Shown here: positions 60,635 through 64,000 of the stretch, in pieces
Layout: every line of letters begins with the position of its first letter
Position numbering within the stretch: the first letter of the stretch is position 1
Assembly (NCBI GenBank): GCA_963758525.1
Contig: CAVWVQ010000003.1
Location: 3,808,001 to 3,872,000 of the forward strand
DNA: 64,000 nucleotides
Origin: an uncultured Phycisphaerales bacterium
GTDB taxonomy: Bacteria > Planctomycetota > Phycisphaerae > Tepidisphaerales > Tepidisphaeraceae
Reading direction: 5' to 3'
Made by a program: the position numbers and the translations under genes
The notes under the pieces: generated by a model
Seen by the model: the letters and a program-made list of their open reading frames with translations, nothing else
Told to the model about the DNA's origin: nothing
The model's database searches: none

Positions 60635-62365
60635 TCACTCCGGCTTTCCCGCCTGATACATCTCTCTGACCTGCTCCGCAGACAATGCCCGGCGGAAGAC
60701 CGCAAACTCATCGATTCGGCCGGCCACGGGCGGCAGGTAATCCGCGCCTATGCGAGATCCCAAGCCAAGGGGAAAGCTGGATTCAGGAAGTTGCGGGGGG
60801 GCATCATTTCGCTGGGCGACAAGAGCGCCATCCAGATAAAGCTCCAACGTGCCGTGGATGGGGTCATAGACAAACGCGATCTGCTGCCATTGTCCGTTGG
60901 CCCTGGCTTGTGGGCCGGTCGCAACAACGTCCCCGACCGAAGCCCGGATTGAGGAGTCAGGATAGATTTCCGCTGCGAACTGTGGGCTCCTGGCCTTCCC
61001 TGTGCCCCGCAGGAACATCGAGGAATGCTGCGGATGGGGATCCTCAAGACGGAACCAGGCGCAAATTGTGAATGGAGCCGCGGTTTGCCTGCCTCGCGAA
61101 AAATCGAGAACACTTCCCGCCGGAGCCTTCATCGTAACAAACTCGTGGCTGTCGCGGTCGAACGCCAGAGCGCCCTTCTGCGGCCAGCGACCCTCGGTCC
61201 AGCGAGGGCGTTCGTGAATGCGATCAATGCCGTGGAGCTCGGCGTCCAAGGCTGTACCGGTTGTGGACACGCGATTCAAAAGTCGTTCTGGAGCCGCATC
61301 GCTCTTGTCGAACGTGTAGTACGCCACCAGGTCCGGATTACTCCGAAGCCGTTCGCTGTAGGCTTTCCAACGTTGATACGGTGTGCCGTTCGCTTTCCAG
61401 TCGTCAAACTGCTGCGGCCGTACAAACGTCGTGGTATTTGCGGATACTTCCGTGATATCACCGGAAGCAATCACTCGTCGCGCCAGTCCGGCGGTGATCA
61501 AGCTTGCGGGGGCCGAAGGCGGGCTCGTGGATGAGGTCAGCGAGACCGTGCCGCGGAAAGTCTGAACGTCGGTCTGTCCCGAAGGTTCGACCGAGACGCC
61601 AAACTCCGTCCCTAGATCAACAACATGTGCGATCGGTGTGTTCACCGTGAATCCGCGCGCGGGCTTCGGAACACTAGCCGTCAATCGACCGGACATGAGC
61701 GAGACAACCCCGGGCTTTTCGACGGTGAACGTCGCCGGTCCCTGAAGAAGGACGACCAGGCCATTGGAGGAAGTCAGCTCCGCACAACCGGATTTGAGCG
61801 ATTGCGGCACGCCGGTTTTGACGAGAGTTCCTGCAGCGGCGACGGCACCCGGGTCAGACCAGATTGCGTCCAGCGATGGCCCCATGGCAATCGGCTGAGG
61901 CGAATGTCCGCCGAAGATTCCCAACTGATACAGGATGATGACCAGAGTGGACCCGGCCACGAGCAAGATTGCCGCGGCAAGCCCGGTTCGCACATTCCTA
62001 TGCCTTGAGGGTACACGCCCAGCTGCTGGCAAATTGATCGGAGAGGGTTCAACCGCAGGCGCGTCATCCAGATCGGATTCGGGATCGTCAGTGATGGCCG
62101 GCAGGATCATGGCATTGCTGAGTTCCGCTGCCGTGGCCCGCCTGTCTGGGTTGCGCAGAACTGCATTGATTCCCATGTGCTGTTCGGCCTCACGCCGTAT
62201 CCTGGACACGCTCAGCAGATCGTCGAGCGCCCAATGGAGTTCGCAGCGGCTGATAAACGCCTCCACGTTGGCAGGGGAGGCCTTCAGCCACGACTGGAAC
62301 TCGGCCGCTTCCTGTGCCGTCAGGTCGTCATCGAGATACGCGCTGATCGTCAGGTCCACATCCAT
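60635..62365 (-). CDS. FecR-like anti-sigma factor with C-terminal LamG domain
   Basis: Anti-sigma N-terminus, one TM, GFTVNTPIAHVVDLGTEFGV, LVAYYTFD and GRIDEFAVFRRALSAEQV. Confidence 0.9.
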   Translation of the reverse strand: MDVDLTISAYLDDDLTAQEAAEFQSWLKASPANVEAFISRCELHWALDDLLSVSRIRREAEQHMGINAVLRNPDRRATAAELSNAMILPAITDDPESDLDDAPAVEPSPINLPAAGRVPSRHRNVRTGLAAAILLVAGSTLVIILYQLGIFGGHSPQPIAMGPSLDAIWSDPGAVAAAGTLVKTGVPQSLKSGCAELTSSNGLVVLLQGPATFTVEKPGVVSLMSGRLTASVPKPARGFTVNTPIAHVVDLGTEFGVSVEPSGQTDVQTFRGTVSLTSSTSPPSAPASLITAGLARRVIASGDITEVSANTTTFVRPQQFDDWKANGTPYQRWKAYSERLRSNPDLVAYYTFDKSDAAPERLLNRVSTTGTALDAELHGIDRIHERPRWTEGRWPQKGALAFDRDSHEFVTMKAPAGSVLDFSRGRQTAAPFTICAWFRLEDPHPQHSSMFLRGTGKARSPQFAAEIYPDSSIRASVGDVVATGPQARANGQWQQIAFVYDPIHGTLELYLDGALVAQRNDAPPQLPESSFPLGLGSRIGADYLPPVAGRIDEFAVFRRALSAEQVREMYQAGKPE

Positions 62366-62892
62366 CAGGCCACCGCTCCCGCGCCCAATCGACGCTCAGT
62401 GCAGTTCCGCAGGGTGCTGCGCACTTTGCTGAGGGCCGTGCGGATCGCGGCCGGCGTCGCGCCGAGCATTCGGGCGATCTCGCCCGGCTTCACCGCTTCG
62501 GCATAACGCATGTCGAGCAACTTCCGCGATTTGTCGTTCAGCCCCTTAAGGCACTCCGAAAGCGCTTCCTGGAGGGGCGTGTGCTGCTCCGAGAGCCGCT
62601 GATAGCTGATCGCGATCTGATCCAGCAATTCATCATCAATGACATGCACCTTTGCGGACAATCGTTCGCGCCGAAATGCCTTGACCTCAAATTTGGCGAA
62701 ACCGATTGCCCAGGCATTGAACGGAAGCCGCGGATCATAATCATCGAACTTCCGAACGAGCGTAACCGCCACCCGTTGCAGCACTTCCTCAACGTCGTTT
62801 GGATCAAGCAACAGCGTTCCCACGAACGCCGTCACGATCCGCTGTCCGGCGATCCATCGGGCAGCAAGCTGTTCGGATTTTTGCGCGTCCAT
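62365..62892 (-). CDS. ECF RNA polymerase sigma-70 factor
   Basis: DVEEVLQ, FNAWAIGFA, LSECLKGL and region 4 HTH. Stop overlaps the anti-sigma start. Confidence 0.92.
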   Translation of the reverse strand: MDAQKSEQLAARWIAGQRIVTAFVGTLLLDPNDVEEVLQRVAVTLVRKFDDYDPRLPFNAWAIGFAKFEVKAFRRERLSAKVHVIDDELLDQIAISYQRLSEQHTPLQEALSECLKGLNDKSRKLLDMRYAEAVKPGEIARMLGATPAAIRTALSKVRSTLRNCTERRLGAGAVA

Positions 62893-63147
62893 GGAATAAC
62901 ACCGGTCAAAATCAACGATTCTGAGGTATCTCGTCGCGAGAACTCAAATCGTTACCGGAAAAATCCTGATTTTGCCATTCGCGCCCTCAAGCGTGGAGGC
63001 ACCGCCGGTTTGCGTGTAAGCTCCGGCCGAAGTTCCGATAACGCCGGTGCTGGCCGACGCTGGAAGTATCGAAGGTGATGCTCTTCATGTTCCTGTTTGC
63101 GTCAATTTAGGATGGTGCGGCAGGGATTCATTTACCACGCTCCGTCG

Positions 63148-63240
63148 GGAATCGTCCGAAGGCAAAGCACCGACATGCTGGCCGTCAATCAGCCCGACGT
63201 GGCGGCGGCGCTCCGATTCATCCGCGAGCACGCCTGCGAT
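63148..63240 (+). pseudogene. Internal fragment of a XylR-type (LacI-sensor/AraC) regulator
   Basis: GIVRRQSTDMLAVNQPDVAAALRFIREHACD with no upstream sensor domain and no downstream AraC HTH. Confidence 0.7.
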
Positions 63241-64000
63241 CGTTACGGATTCTCACGACTAAACGCCGAGGATATCCGCTTCGTGAAGATTCGTGCGATT
63301 CGTGTCGATTCGTGTTCTGCATTTGCCGGATTTCGCAGCAGCGTGCCGCAAAATCGCAGGCACGACTACACAATCTGCCGGTACAATAGACGCGTTGGAT
63401 CATCTCGGCATGATTGCGCGGAACGGATTGCCAGCATAATGGCATGATCCGCGTCGCAACTGGAGGAACTGACATGTCCAAGTACACCGCGCGAAAGCGT
63501 GAGGGTTTCATCTCTGAAGGGGCTTCTTGTCAACGGCGAGACGGCTTGATTGCTAAGTTCCGTTCATTGCTCTCTCCGATCAGCTTCGCGCACTCCCCCT
63601 GCGCCCTTGGCGGGGAGGCTAACGAGGCGGGGGTTTGGGGGCAGAGCCCCCAAGTCTTTGTCGTTCTCGGCGGAACCGTGGCTGCCATCCGGCACCGCGC
63701 GGGCGGCGCGATGCGGCGGTTGAATTCATCTCTACGCGGTCATCGGACGGACGGGTCGCAATGCCAGGCCGTGTGTTCCGAGCCGAATAAAACCTTGTTC
63801 GCGTCAACCGGGCCGAATTCACACTGTCGCAGTCACCAGCAGAACCCGAATCCGACGCCAGTGGCGTCCGATTCGAACCAATGCCTGCCGGGCCGAATGA
63901 AGCCGAGTCGCGGTCTCCAGATTGACGAGACATCGTCTTGCATGGCTGCAAGAACTATTGATGTCATAAGCGTTCCGCCGAGCCGCTGGTCATGCCAGGA

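Noticed and set aside
63474..64000. ORF with GGAGG RBS open to the window end, containing GGGGGTTTGGGGGCAGAGCCCCCAAG
   Set aside because: Translation is not protein-like and matches no family I recognise. The hairpin may be a mobile-element end, but downstream context is missing.

Overview
GC-rich bacterial DNA, most consistent with a planctomycete of the Phycisphaerae/Tepidisphaerales type (inferred from a DUF1559-like prepilin, an ECF sigma/FecR-LamG pair, a PEP-CTERM protein, ATQP/ATAP linkers and a CxxCGYDLRATPDRCPECG protein). From left to right: (1) 1-9 kb housekeeping genes (Cof HAD, cation/H+ antiporter-USP, NUDIX, M50 protease, CpsB phosphatase, methyltransferase, PNPOx-like, PfkB); (2) a four-gene TPR-like envelope operon; (3) a 14-20 kb accessory patch of small toxin-antitoxin-like genes, including a two-gene TIR plus small-protein cassette between two 155-bp copies of the nif3 3' end; (4) a TonB receptor, an MFS transporter and the sbp-cysTWA sulfate ABC operon; (5) a CheY-less chemosensory operon ending in a REC-GGDEF cyclase; (6) a 36.3-38.9 kb zone of REP and RAYT-transposase debris with a 534-bp tandem duplication; (7) a 22-kb ECF-sigma-headed polysaccharide-utilisation-like cluster (FecR-LamG, giant PEP-CTERM, prepilin, GSDH-cytochrome, FIST, lyase-like, GH3, GH43). 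About 14 short indels break otherwise intact genes and look like long-read consensus errors. Several REP/REPIN-like palindromes are present, one inserted in frame inside a GH43 gene. No rRNA, tRNA or CRISPR array was seen. Family names come from motif recognition by eye, not from database searches.
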